Below, in pieces: positions 1 through 11,640 of a stretch of DNA of 64,000 bases. Origin of the DNA: Octopus vulgaris (taxonomy: Eukaryota); assembly GCA_951406725.2 (NCBI GenBank), contig OX597818.1:137764001-137828000 (forward strand). Reading direction: 5' to 3'. Under the pieces are notes generated by a model that ran no database searches, had not been told where the DNA came from, and saw only the letters and a program-made list of their open reading frames with translations. A program made the position numbers and the translations under genes. Position 1 is the first letter of the stretch. Each line of letters starts with the position of its first letter.

Positions 1-969
1 AGAGAATTTGGTTGCTATTTCTAGCCGAGTCAATAACCACGTAAAAGACAGATTTGATTGCTCATAGAATACACGAGAGTTGGATTAGTGGTGAACGAGG
101 GGGGTGGTGTAAAGATTGTGGATTTAGGAGTGGCGAGAGGATAGTAAGGGATAGAAGTAATGAAGATTGCGGGGGAAAGTGAAAGTAGAAAGGAGTGGGA
201 AGAGGAGAACTGTTAAGAGATGATGAGAATGACAAGGAGGAAAGTGTGGCAATGGTGAATGTGGAGGAGGGAGAAGTCAAGATTAAGGTTGGGAGTAGGA
301 GTGGAAGGAGAAGTTGGAGGCGTAGGAAAGGGTGTATGTGATAGCTGTACTTCCGTTTGCTGACGCTCGTGGCTTGTGTTGGGTTGCAAACTGTTGATCC
401 AAATGTATTCCAACGGATGTGAATACCACCGCCACCAACCCTTTACACCACTAACCACTACCACCATCAACCACCACCACTAACCAACCAACCATCCAAC
501 CAGCCAGCCAACCAACCAACCAACCGACCAACCAAACAACACTACCACCACAACTTCCTCCGCCACAAATACTAACTTTATCATCACCACCACCACCACC
601 ACCACCGATGCAACAACAACAACAACAACAACAACCATCTACAACATCACTACAACCACTGTGGCCGCTGCCACCTTCCACAGCTACCGCCAACACCAAT
701 CCCACCACTAACTCCAGCAACGCCACACACGTTCTATTCTTAACTGTGTTCCTCTCATCTCCAAAACTACCACTACTCCTACCACTACTACTATCAACAC
801 CCTCACCACCACCACCACTGGTTTTACTACTACCACGACTAAAAATGCTTCCACCTTAATCACTACAACCACCACCACCACTATCACTACCATCTCCATC
901 ACATCCACAACCACTAAAACCACCACCACTGCCATCACTACCACTAGTATCACCACTATCACCCCATCA
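1..969 (+). repeat. Near-identical duplicate of 5888-6850 (low-complexity CCA/ACC-rich block)
   Basis: Sequence from agagaatttggttgc to caccccatca recurs at 5888-6850 with few differences; ends at the N gap. Confidence 0.9.
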
Positions 970-1070
970 NNNNNNNNNNNNNNNNNNNNNNNNNNNNNNN
1001 NNNNNNNNNNNNNNNNNNNNNNNNNNNNNNNNNNNNNNNNNNNNNNNNNNNNNNNNNNNNNNNNNNNNNA
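970..1070. other. Assembly gap (N run)
   Basis: Run of N. Confidence 1.
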
Positions 1071-1365
1071 CACTGGCTTACGCTTATTGTCCGATCCCCA
1101 TATACTTCCTTAATATTCCTCGCACTTTCCGTTGCGTTGTTGCCTTTATTGAATTCATAAAGCAAAATATGCTGAATATGCTCCATTGTCACTTCCATTA
1201 TAGCTTTGAAAAAATAACTGTTAAAAACGAACTGCACTCATAAAAACTTGCACTAAGAGTAAGGAACACTTACTACCTGCTTCTTTAACAAGATGATGCA
1301 GGTAGTTTATCCCGTCCACCTCTGACTTTTATTTCATGCAATTGAAAAAACTCGCATTATTTATA
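1071..1365 (-). mobile_element. Mariner transposon 5' fragment (N-terminal HTH of transposase)
   Basis: MEVTMEHIQHILLYEFNKGNNATESARNIKEVYGDRTISVSQC resembles the Mos1/SETMAR-type HTH; ATG at 1198; cut by the gap. Confidence 0.8.
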
Positions 1366-1381
1366 ATATATAAATATGTTA

Positions 1382-1546
1382 GGCGCAGGAGTGGCTGTGT
1401 GGTAAGTAGCTTGCTTAGCAACCACATGGTTCCGGGTTCAGTCCCACTACGTGGCATCTTGGGCAAATGTCTTCAACTATAGCCTAGGGCCGACCAATGC
1501 CTTGTGAGTGGATTTGGTAGACGGAAACTGAAAGAAGCTTGTCGCA

Positions 1547-1580
<34 letters not shown>

Positions 1581-1770
1581 TGCTTGTGTGTGTGTGTTTG
1601 TCCCCTAGCATTGCTTGACAACCGATGCTGGTGTGTTTACGTCCCCGTCACCTAGCGGTTCGGCAAAAGAGACCGATAGAATAAGTGCCGGGGTCGATTT
1701 GCTCGACTAAAGGCGGTGCTCCAGCATAGCCGCAGTCAAATGACTGAAACAAGTAAAAGAGTAAAGAGTA
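1382..1770 (+). mobile_element. tRNA-derived SINE family A (CORE-like segment, internal (TA)n(TG)n, AAGAGTA tail)
   Basis: A-box-like gtggctgtgtggtaag, B-box-like ggttcagtccc, CORE-like cttgggcaaatg, 3' aaagagta repeats; many copies in window. Confidence 0.85.
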
Positions 1771-1794
1771 TGTTCCTTGTCTTGTAATTTTATG

Positions 1795-1866
<72 letters not shown>

Positions 1867-2043
1867 TTATTATAGTGATACAAATATAATATGATTATCT
1901 AAATTTTTGTCTCTTCTTATACCAAGTTATATAACGTCTAACGTTTCGGGTTCGACCTGAACACTTCCAAGCAATCGAATAGAAAACTCTTTCGAAAGAA
2001 AAGAACAATATTTTATACGCACACATACACACACACGCACGCA

Positions 2044-2089
<46 letters not shown>

Positions 2090-2752
2090 TATATATATAC
2101 GTTGACGTATACATACATACATATATACATACATACGTACATATATATACACACACATATACGCACACAAGCGCACGTTTATGTTCATATATAGAGAAGG
2201 TTATAGATATAACCATTCATATATATGCAGTACATGCATATATATTTACAAATCCATACGTACATATACAACTCCAGATACCAGCCCGAATCCTACATCC
2301 TTATGGTCAGAAGTTTGTCCTCCTTTACCAACCCGTGTCTTTCCGCGGTGTCCCGAGTGCTACAGTATTAAATCTACGTCCTTCCTTACGTAAGACAGTA
2401 AAGTTGACTTTGGGAGAGATTTTACTGCTACTTCTAGCGGGTCTAGTAATTACTAGAGGATGTCTCGAGCACTGCTGTTCATTTAATCTTTGATTCTGAT
2501 AATGCAGGTTTAATAGGACTCTAAACATCGATATCTTCCACACATGACCGTTCCGTCTTTTTAAGGGAACATAGGACTATTAGCAAGGTGAAGTTTACAT
2601 AATTTCCACCGTAGGGTTTGATATCAGGGAGATTTAGATGCTATTTCTTGCAGACAGAGCGAATACGTAGAGGCTTCTACATTGATGTTAGTTATGGTCA
2701 CAGTGGTGGTTGTAGTGGTAGATATAATCGTGATAGTGGTGCTGTTGATGGT

Positions 2753-2990
2753 GGTGTATAGGTAGTGGTTGTAGTGGTGGTCGCCGTGGTCGTGGTCATG
2801 GTGGTGTGGAGGTGGTGGTAATGGTGATGGTCGTGGTGGTGGTGTATAGGTAGTGGTTGTAGTGGTGGTCGCCGTGGTCGTGGTCATGGTGGTGTGGAGG
2901 TGGTGGTAGTGGTGGTGGTGGTGGTGTATAGGTAGTGGTTGTAGTGGTGGTCGCCGTGGTCGTGGTCATGGTGGTGTAGAGGTGGTGGTA
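2753..2990 (+). repeat. Minisatellite, ~87-bp unit x3 in (GGT)n background
   Basis: gtgtataggtagtggttgtagtggtggtcgccgtggtcgtggtcatgg occurs three times. Confidence 0.85.
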
Positions 2991-3229
2991 GAGGTGGTGG
3001 TAGTGGTGGTGGTGGTGGTGGTGGTGCTGCTGCGTCTGTTGTTGTTGTTAGTGGTGGTGGAAATGTTGTTGTAGTTGTTGTTGTTGGTGGTGGTAGTGGT
3101 ATGAGTAATGGTGGTAATGGTGGTCGAGATAATGACGGCTGTTATGATGGTCGTGCTGCTATCTAGATAGGATAAGCGTTAGTGACAGCGGTTGATTGTC
3201 GTAGAATTGGTGGAGGTAGTAGTGGTGGT

Positions 3230-3900
3230 GGTATTAGTGGAGATGGTGCAGTGTCGGTGGTTGTAGCGCCAGTGGTGGTGCGGGTGGTGAAAGGGGGGAA
3301 TTGAGGTAGTAGAGGTGGTGGTATTAGTGGAGATGGTGCAGTGTCGGTGGTTGTAGCGCCAGTGGTGGTGCGGGTGGTGAAAGGGGGGAATTGAGGTAGT
3401 AGAGGTGGTGGTATTACGAGCTAGCACAAGGCGGCGAGCTAGCAGAATCGTTAGCACGTCGGGCGAAATGCTTAGCGGTATTTCGTCTGCCGTTAGGTTG
3501 TGAGTTCAAATTCCGCCGAGGTCGACTTTGCCTTTCATCCTTTCGGGGTCGATAAATTAAGTACCAGTTAAGCACTGGGGTCGATATAATCGACTTAATA
3601 CCTATGTCTGTCCATGTTTGTCCCCTCTATGTTCAGCCCCTTGTGGGTAATAAAGAAATAGGTATTAGTGGAGATGGTGCAGTGTCGGTGGTTGTAGCGC
3701 CAGTGGTGGTGTGGGTGGTGAAAGGGGGAATTGAGGTAGTAGAGGTGGTGGTATTAGTGGAGATGGTGCAGTGTCGGTGGTTGTAGCGCCAGTGGTGGTG
3801 AAAGGGGGAATTGAGGTAGCGAGGTGGTGGTATTAGTGGAGATGGTGCAGTGTCGGTGGTTGTAGCGCCAGTGGTGGTGCGGGTGGTGAAAGGGGAGAAT
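3230..3900 (+). repeat. Minisatellite, ~90-bp unit x5, interrupted by a SINE
   Basis: ggtattagtggagatggtgcagtgtcggtggttgtagcgccagtgg repeated at about 3230, 3320, 3661, 3750, 3829. Confidence 0.9.
3429..3660 (+). mobile_element. tRNA-derived SINE family B (MetaSINE-like central domain)
   Basis: Head ggcggcgagctagcagaatcg, B box gagttcaaattcc, Meta-like gaggtcgactttgcctttcatcctttcggggtcgataaattaagtacc; ggtatta duplicated on both sides. Confidence 0.85.
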
Positions 3901-4358
3901 TGAAAAAATCATGACTGAAAGAGACCTGCTTCATTTCAGTGTTTGCATAGAGACATACAGACAGACAGACAAACAGATTGACAGACAGACAGACAAACAG
4001 ATTGACAGACAGACAGACAGACTGACGGAGATGCATGTGTATGCATGCGTATATGTGCGACTGGGTGGCAATGAATGCGAGTATATAGTGTGCGCCATTT
4101 TGTTACTGTCCTTTCTGCACCGTTCAATGTGTGTCTAAGTGTTTATATGTGTATGTATGTAAATGTGTACTAACAAATAGAAAGAGAAAATATGGCGGTG
4201 GCGGTGGTAATATTGGTGGTGTAAAATATAAGGCGGAGTAGAGTTTTCTATGTGTTTGCATGTGCATGTGTACATATATATATATGTGCATGTGTGTATA
4301 TATATTTGTATACATACATATATATATATACACACGGCGTGTGTGTATGTATATTTGT

Positions 4359-4440
<82 letters not shown>

Positions 4441-4441
<1 letters not shown>

Positions 4442-4673
4442 AAGGCGGCGAGCTGGCAGAAACGTTAGCGCGCAGGGCGAAATGCATAACCGTATTTCGT
4501 TGGCCGCTACGTTCTGAGTTCAAATTCCGCCGAGGTCGACTTTGCCTTTCATCATTTCGGGGTCGATAAATTAAGTACCAGTTACGCACTGGGGTCGATG
4601 TAATCGACTTAACCCCTTTGTCTGTCCTTGTTTGTCCCCTCTGTGTTTAGCTCCTTGTGTGTAGTAAAGAAAT
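4441..4673 (+). mobile_element. SINE family B inserted in (TA)n/(CA)n
   Basis: Same head, B box and Meta-like domain. Confidence 0.85.
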
Positions 4674-4761
4674 ATATATACACACACATATACACATATA
4701 CATACATACGCGCGTGTGTGTGTGTGTGTGTAGAAATATATGAATTGAGGGTAGACATACA

Positions 4762-4990
4762 GTCGTGGGTGCGTGGTAAGAAGTTTGCTTTTCAGTCACA
4801 TGGTTCCGAGTTCAGTCCCACTGCGTGCCATCTTGAGCAAGTGTCTTCTAGTTTAACCTCGGTCCGACCAAAGTCTTCTCAGTGAATTTTGTAATCGGAA
4901 ACTAAAAGAACCCCGTCGTAAATATATATATGTGTATCTGTGTGTGTGCATGTGTGCGTGCGTGTGTATGTGCGTGCGTGTGTGAGTGTG
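4762..4990 (+). mobile_element. Diverged SINE family A, 5' half
   Basis: gcgtggtaagaagtttgct...ttcagtcccactgcgtg...ggaaactaaaagaacccc. Confidence 0.7.
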
Positions 4991-5009
4991 TGTGTGTGAG
5001 ATAATAATG

Positions 5010-5400
5010 GATGGATGGAAGCACTCCGTCGGTTACGACACGAGGGTTCCGGTTCATCTGATCAACGGAACAGCCTGCTCGTGAAATTAACGTGTAAGTG
5101 GCTGAGCACTCCACAGACACGTGTACCCTTAACGTAGTTCTCGGGGATATTCAGCGTGACACAGAGAGTGACAAGGCCGGCCCCTTGAAATACAGGTACA
5201 ACAGAAACAGGAAGTAAGAGTGAGAGAAAGTTGTGGTGAAAGAGTACAGCAGGGATCACCACCATCCCCTGCCGGAGCATCGTGGAGCTTTTTAGGTGTT
5301 TTCGCTCAATAAACACTCACAACGTCCGGTCTGGGAATCGAAACCGCGATCCTACGACCGCGAGTCCGCTGCCCTAACCACTGGACCATTGCGCCTCCAC
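5010..5400 (-). mobile_element. tRNA-derived SINE family C
   Basis: Minus-strand head gtggaggcgcaatggtccagtggttagggcagcggactcgcgg, B box gtttcgattccc; TSD-like gataataatg. Confidence 0.85.
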
Positions 5401-5887
5401 TGATGCGCCTCCACTGATGCGCCTCCACTGATAATAATGATGGTTGTGGTGGAGGGGGTGACAGTTGTCGTGTCTAAGGCAGCAGCGGCTGCGTTTGTGC
5501 TGATAGTGTTAATAGTGGCGGCCAGCTGCAAGAGTTTGGTTGGGTAATTTATATAGCGGTAATAGAGGAGCAGTAAGGAATGAGGAGCGTTGGAATTATA
5601 TTAGTCGGGGCGAAGGTGCTGATAAGGGTGGGTGTGCATGTGGGTAGACGAAATTGGGTAAGTAATAAAAGGGAAACCGAGAGGGAAAAGACATGATAGA
5701 TTGCAAGAGCTTAGGGTAGATATGTTGTTGATGCTGTTGTTGCTGTCTTTGGTCTTATTTAATTCCATATTAATCTTGGTAGTCTCAGACTCACGACCGA
5801 AAATATTCCAGCTGTGACCGTTTCGTCTTATTCTTATCTGTAGAAAATCCAGGAAAAAACATTCGCAACATGTTCTTTTTAAAGATT

Positions 5888-7220
5888 AGAGAATTTGGTT
5901 GCTATTTCTAGCCGAGTCAATAACCACGTAAACGACAGATTTGATTGCTCATAGAATACACGAGAGTTGGATTAGTGGTGAACGAGGGTGGGGGTGTGTA
6001 AAGATTGTGGATTTAGGAGTGGCGAAAGGATAGTAAGGGATAGAAGTAATGAAGATTGCGGGGGAAAGTGAAAGTAGAAAGGAGTGGGAAGAGGAGAACG
6101 GTTAAGAGATGATGAGAATGACAAGGAGGAAAGTGTGGCAATGGTGAATGTGGAGGAGGGAGAAGTCAAGATTAAGGTTGGGAGTAGGAGTGGAAGGAGA
6201 AGTTGGAGGCGTAGGAAAGGGTGTATGTGATAGCTGTACTTCCGTTTGCTGACGCTCGTGGCTTGTGTTGGGTTGCAAACTGTTGATCCAAATGTATTCC
6301 AACGGATGTGAATACCACCGCCACCAACCACTTACACCACCAACCACTACCACCATCAACCACCACCACTAACCAACCAACCATCCAACCAGTCAGCCAA
6401 CCAGCCAGCCAACCAACCAACCAACCAACCAACCAACGGACCAGCCAAACAACACTACCACCACAACTTCCTCCGCCACAGATACTAACTTTATCATCAC
6501 CACCACCACCACCACCGACACAACAACAACAACAACAACAACCATCTACAACATCACTACAACCACTGTGGCCGCTGCCACCTTCCACAGCTACCGCCAA
6601 CACCAATCCCACCACTAACTCCAGCAACGCCACACACGTTCTATTCTTAACTGTGTTCCTCTATCTCCAAAACTACCACTACTCCTACCAACACCCTCAC
6701 CACCACCACCACTGGTTTTACTACTACCACGACGCTACCACCACCACCACCACCACCACCACTATCACTACCATCTCCATCACATCCACAACCACTAAAA
6801 CCACCACCACTGCCATCACTACTACTAGTATCACCACTATCACCCCATCACTACTACCTCTCACACCACCATCACCACCACCGCCAACACCGCCAACACC
6901 ACCAACACCACCACCACCACCGTCACAACCACCAGGACCATCACTACTACAACCCAATCCATCACAATCACCTGCACCACAAATACCATCTGCACCATCA
7001 CTGCGACCTGCACCCCCGCTACAACCATCACCACCACCACCACTATCACTACCATCTCCATCACATCCACAACCACTAAAACCACCACCATTGCCATCAC
7101 TACCACTAGTATCACCACTATCACCCCATTACTACTACCACTCACACCACCATCACCACCACCGCCAACACCACCATCACCATCACCATCACCATCACCA
7201 CCACCATCACCACCTCCAAT
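5888..7220 (+). repeat. Second copy of block 1-969 plus (CCA/CAC/CAT)n low complexity
   Basis: Direct identity to 1-969; internal ~100-bp duplication (6760 vs 7040). Confidence 0.85.
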
Positions 7221-7721
7221 ATCACCGGCAGTATTACGGCAACAGCATGGCCCTCGGATGACTCATGCGTGCCTGCGTGCATCGTTTATGTGACGCCGAC
7301 AGGACGTCTGTGTAGGTGAAACCCTATCTAAACGAAAACCAGTGAATCCAAGGCTTGTATTTGAACCCTTCACTGCTATTCTCGACCTTCTTCCCTCATA
7401 TTTACCTTCGCCCCCAACTCCGACCTCAACAAAAACAAAAAAAAAATGTAGAAATATTATCTCTAAATCGGACGAAACCGGATTCAAACTAAACTAAAGT
7501 GTATCATCATATTTCGGCAGCTACAACCATCATAGCTATCTTCATCACATCATCATATTCATCATCATCATTGTCATCATCATCGCCGCCACCACAACTT
7601 CTTTCGTTGTCATGATCATAACCCTCCTCATCCACCTTATTATCGTCGTCGTCATCATCATCATTATTATCATCATCGCCACCACCACCACTACCATCAC
7701 CACGGGTTCAATCTTGGACGA

Positions 7722-7799
7722 CCGTCTTCTACTATAGCCTCGGGCCGACCAAAGCCTTGTGAGTGGATTTGGTACACTGAAACTGAAAGAAACCTGCCG

Positions 7800-7831
<32 letters not shown>

Positions 7832-8010
7832 TGTGTGTGTGTGTCTTTGCATCTGTGTTCGTCCCCTCCCCCCATCGCTTGACAAGCGATATTGGTGTGT
7901 TTGCGTCCCCGTAACTTATATGTTCAGCAAAAGAGGTCATTAGAATAAGTACTAGGCTTACAAAGAAGCGGTGCTCCAGCATGGCCGCAGTCAAACGACT
8001 GAAGCAAAAA
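7722..8010 (+). mobile_element. 5'-truncated SINE family A
   Basis: actatagcctcgggccgaccaaagccttgtgagtgg...gctccagcatggccgcagtc. Confidence 0.8.
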
Positions 8011-8867
8011 ATAAAAGCATATATATACATATATACATATATATATATACATATATATAGATATGCATATATACACACGTATATATACATACCTACATAC
8101 GTATATACATATGCATATGTTGGCACAGGACGTCACAGAACATAAACAACAAAAAATACGAAAATATGGAATACAAAATACGAATACATGGAATATGAAC
8201 TTTTTTTGCATCCAAAGAAAGGAAACAAATGGAAAACAAGACACGCAACATAAAGAACGACCCTTCATCAGTTCATGGCTGTTTTCCTAATTCGTATTTC
8301 GAGCATTTCACGATAAGATACGCCTTCGATAAAACAGTTGCTCACGAAAAGCAAATTAAATAAAATTTGGGATTTTGTGGAGGGTCAATAGTGGTAACAA
8401 AAACAGGACAGTGAAAATAAACGGGAAGAGCTGCTAAGCCTAGTAAACTGAGGTAGCGAACGAGAAGAAGCAAGCTTGGACAGAAGACATACAAGAATAC
8501 GTCTGATTCGCCCAGCTGCAATAAGGGGAAGGAAAGAAACACAAGTTAGGGAAAGAAAGATGGCTGATGGTCATGTAAGAGCCTCGATAGAGCAAAGGAG
8601 GAAGAGTGAGAGAGAGAGAGAGAGAGTGTGTGTGTGACAGACAGAGAACATCGAAGGGGAGAGAAAAAATAGAGAAAGGAAAAGAGAGAAAAAATGAGAG
8701 GGGAAGAAGGGGAGATAAAAAGAATTAGAAAAAAGAAGAGAGAAGAGGAAAGAGAGATATATATAGTAAATCCAAAAAGAAAAACGAAAAACAAACACAA
8801 GAAAAAACAACGTGAGGAAGTGGTACATGCAAAGTATTAGCAGACGCTCAGGGAAGGAAAGAAAGGT

Positions 8868-8904
8868 AGTTTTACGTTTCGAGCAAAGCTCTTCATCAGA
8901 AACT
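8868..8904 (-). ncRNA. Minimal type I hammerhead ribozyme motif (PLE type)
   Basis: Minus strand: AGUUU-CUGAUGA-A-GAGC uuu GCUC-GAAA-CG-UA-AAACU; 5-bp stem I, 4-bp stem II, palindromic ACGU stem III, GUA cleavage triplet. Confidence 0.7.
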
Positions 8905-8967
8905 GGAGACGAGGAAAGTCTAAGAGAAAAGGAAAAAATTGCCAACGATCCACATGTGGTTACACAC

Positions 8968-9110
<143 letters not shown>

Positions 9111-9245
9111 CATATATATATGTATATGTATGTATGTATATATATAATGTTAATCCAAACAAGAAAACACAAAGAGAAAACACAACAACGCGAGGACGTG
9201 GAACAAATATAGTATTATTGGACACTCAGGAAAGAAGGGAAGGAG

Positions 9246-9281
9246 GTTTTAACGTTTCGAGCGGAGCTCTTCGTCGGAAAC
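9246..9281 (-). ncRNA. Variant minimal hammerhead motif (CCGACGA core)
   Basis: Minus strand: GUUU-CCGACGA-A-GAGC ucc GCUC-GAAA-CG-UU-AAAAC; homologous to 8868-8904. Confidence 0.55.
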
Positions 9282-9742
9282 AAAGGAGAAGGAAAGATCC
9301 AGAGAAGGGAAGACAGAGGAAAAAAAATTGCTGGCGGTGCTCACGAGGTCATATATACATACACATACATACACACACACTCACATCATACACACTCACG
9401 CACCCAAACATACGTACATACATGCACACACATTGTTTGAGAGTGATTTGGCTAATATTTCTGGCAAATCGGGAAAGCGATTCGTGGTCACTGTTGATGC
9501 TGTTGTTCGTGTTAATAGTGACTCTGGTGCTTCTGCTGCTGCTGCTACTGTTGCTACAGGAGATGCTGCTGCAGCTACTGCTACTGTTGCTGCTGCTGCT
9601 ACTGATGATAATGATGAGGATGAGAAGGATTACCATTAAATCTCACTATAACTATTGTGGTTTTTGTAACTGTTGTGTTACGGTAATCCCCCCACTGTTG
9701 TTGCAATCATGCCTCTCACTTGACCTGGCAGTATTGTTAGCA

Positions 9743-9879
9743 AGATGGCGAGCTGGCAGAATCGTTAGTGCGTCGGCCGAAATATTTAGCGGTATTTCGT
9801 TTGTGTGAGAATTCTTAGTTCAAATTCCACCGAGGTCATCTTTGCCTTTCATTCTTTCAGGGTCGATAAATTGAGTACT
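9743..9879 (+). mobile_element. SINE family B, 3'-truncated
   Basis: atggcgagctggcagaatcg...ttcaaattccaccgaggtc. Confidence 0.8.
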
Positions 9880-10367
9880 GAAATGATGAAAGGCAAAGTC
9901 GACCTCGGCGGAATTTGAACTCAGAACGTGAAGACAGACGAAATACCTATTTCTTTACTACCCACAAGGGGCTAAATACAGAGAGGACAAACAAGGACAG
10001 ACAAACGGATTAAGTCGATTATATCGATCCCCAGTGCGTAACTGGTACTTAATTTATCGGCCCCGAAATGATGAAAGGCAAAGTCGACCTCAGCGGAATT
10101 TGAACTCAGAACGTAGCTGCAGACGAAATACCTATTTCTTTACTATCCACAAGGGGCTAAATACAGAGGGGACAAACAAGGACAGACAAACGGATTAAGT
10201 CGATTATATCGACCCCCAGTGTGTAACTGGTACTTAATTTATCGGCCCCGAAATGATGAAAGGCAAAGTCGACCTCGGCGGAAGTTTGAACTCACAACGT
10301 AACGGCAGACGAAATACCGCTAAGCATTTCGCCCGGCGTGCTAACGTGTCTGCCAGCTCTCCGCCTT
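9880..10367 (-). mobile_element. SINE family B as head + three tandem bodies (185-bp period)
   Basis: gaaatgatgaaaggcaaagtcgacctc at 9880, 10065, 10250; single head at about 10320-10367. Confidence 0.85.
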
Positions 10368-11640
10368 ACACTGCTTTCAATATCGTCCGACGACGCTTTC
10401 TGTCATTTCTTCCGGCTCTTTTAACTTCTGAATTCAAATCCTTTCAAAATTGACTTTGCGTTTCATCATTTCAGGTTTGATAAATTAATTACTTACAAGT
10501 TGGACACTGTGATGAATGCAATCCACTAACTCCCTCTTCGGTTGCCTTTCTATTTTCTTGAAAGTATTGAACGATGTGTACGTGTTTTGTACCTAGTAGC
10601 ATTATATTCTGAATGTAATCTCAATGAATATAATTTAAGTTGACTTTCTTCAAGATGGGAAGACAGCTTACTCTTTTCTTTATGCTCCGTAGTCACTTCA
10701 AGCAGTTTATCATTATTTTCTCTTTGTTGCCAGATATTTTTAAAATAGTTTTCTTACATTGTAATTAGATTTCTATATCAGTGTTAAGAAATGTTTTTTG
10801 CTATATCCAAAAAAGCAATTATTTCTTTTCATGTTTTTGTATTGTTCTTGATATTTCATTAGATATCCAGCTGATATTATAACTATGATTTATTTTTATA
10901 AGATTACTGAAAGATTTTTTCTTCATTTAACTCAGTTTTATGTATTAATATATGGCGTCTATAACACTTTTTTCTAATCTACTTTTTTTTATTTCTGTGT
11001 ATTATAAACCGTTTTCTACATTAATTCCGAAGTATTTTATGCATGTGTTTGAAGTAATTCTCATATCACTATTTCTTTATCGAACATGTCATTAGCTTCT
11101 CCCTTTCCAACTGCTTTGGTGAATTTATCTAATCCTAATCTAATATCAATTCTTTTACGAAATCCGTAAACTGCACGTTGGAGTGTTTCTACATTTTTAG
11201 TCATGCGCAGCGCACTGCTTGCTGCTATCTATAAACAAAACCTGATTGAGTGTCTCCAATGTAATTATAAATAGTGCTATTAGTCTTATTTTCATTGCGT
11301 ACTTTCACTGAATTACTGAAAGTAGCCTCTGCTCTTTTATATCTTTTATGGAACTTCTTTCCTATCGTTTTGGAACATCACTCCAGTCGTCTAACACCCA
11401 TTGTGTCAGCCAGAACAAGAATGATATACATATCCCATAACTACCGTAATGCTTTTAGTTCAACAGTTAAGCTGATATAATTTTTTAGGTATTCATCTCA
11501 CTTCTACACAACATATTAATTCATCTGCTTTTATAATGTAGAAAATTAAAACAATCCTGTTATATTTTTTGTCATAGGTAATGATGTCAAGTGTATTATG
11601 TGACAACGGCTTAGCGTATGTTAATATTACACTATATCTA

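Noticed and set aside
5330-5400. tRNA-like sequence (also 13245-13315 and 58965-59035)
   Set aside because: SINE heads; they continue into a shared SINE body with TSDs, so they are not tRNA genes
6308-7261. 317-aa Pro/Thr/His-rich ORF resembling a mucin or extensin
   Set aside because: Made of (CCA/CAC/CAA)n repeats that lack stops; the duplicate copy at 1-969 has a different frame and stops
9134-9808. 224-aa Leu-rich ORF
   Set aside because: Crosses a mini-element, microsatellites and a SINE; no domain signal
10620-11500. Possible ancient LINE RT on the minus strand (IKYFGI-like)
   Set aside because: Too degraded to support by eye; needs a translated search
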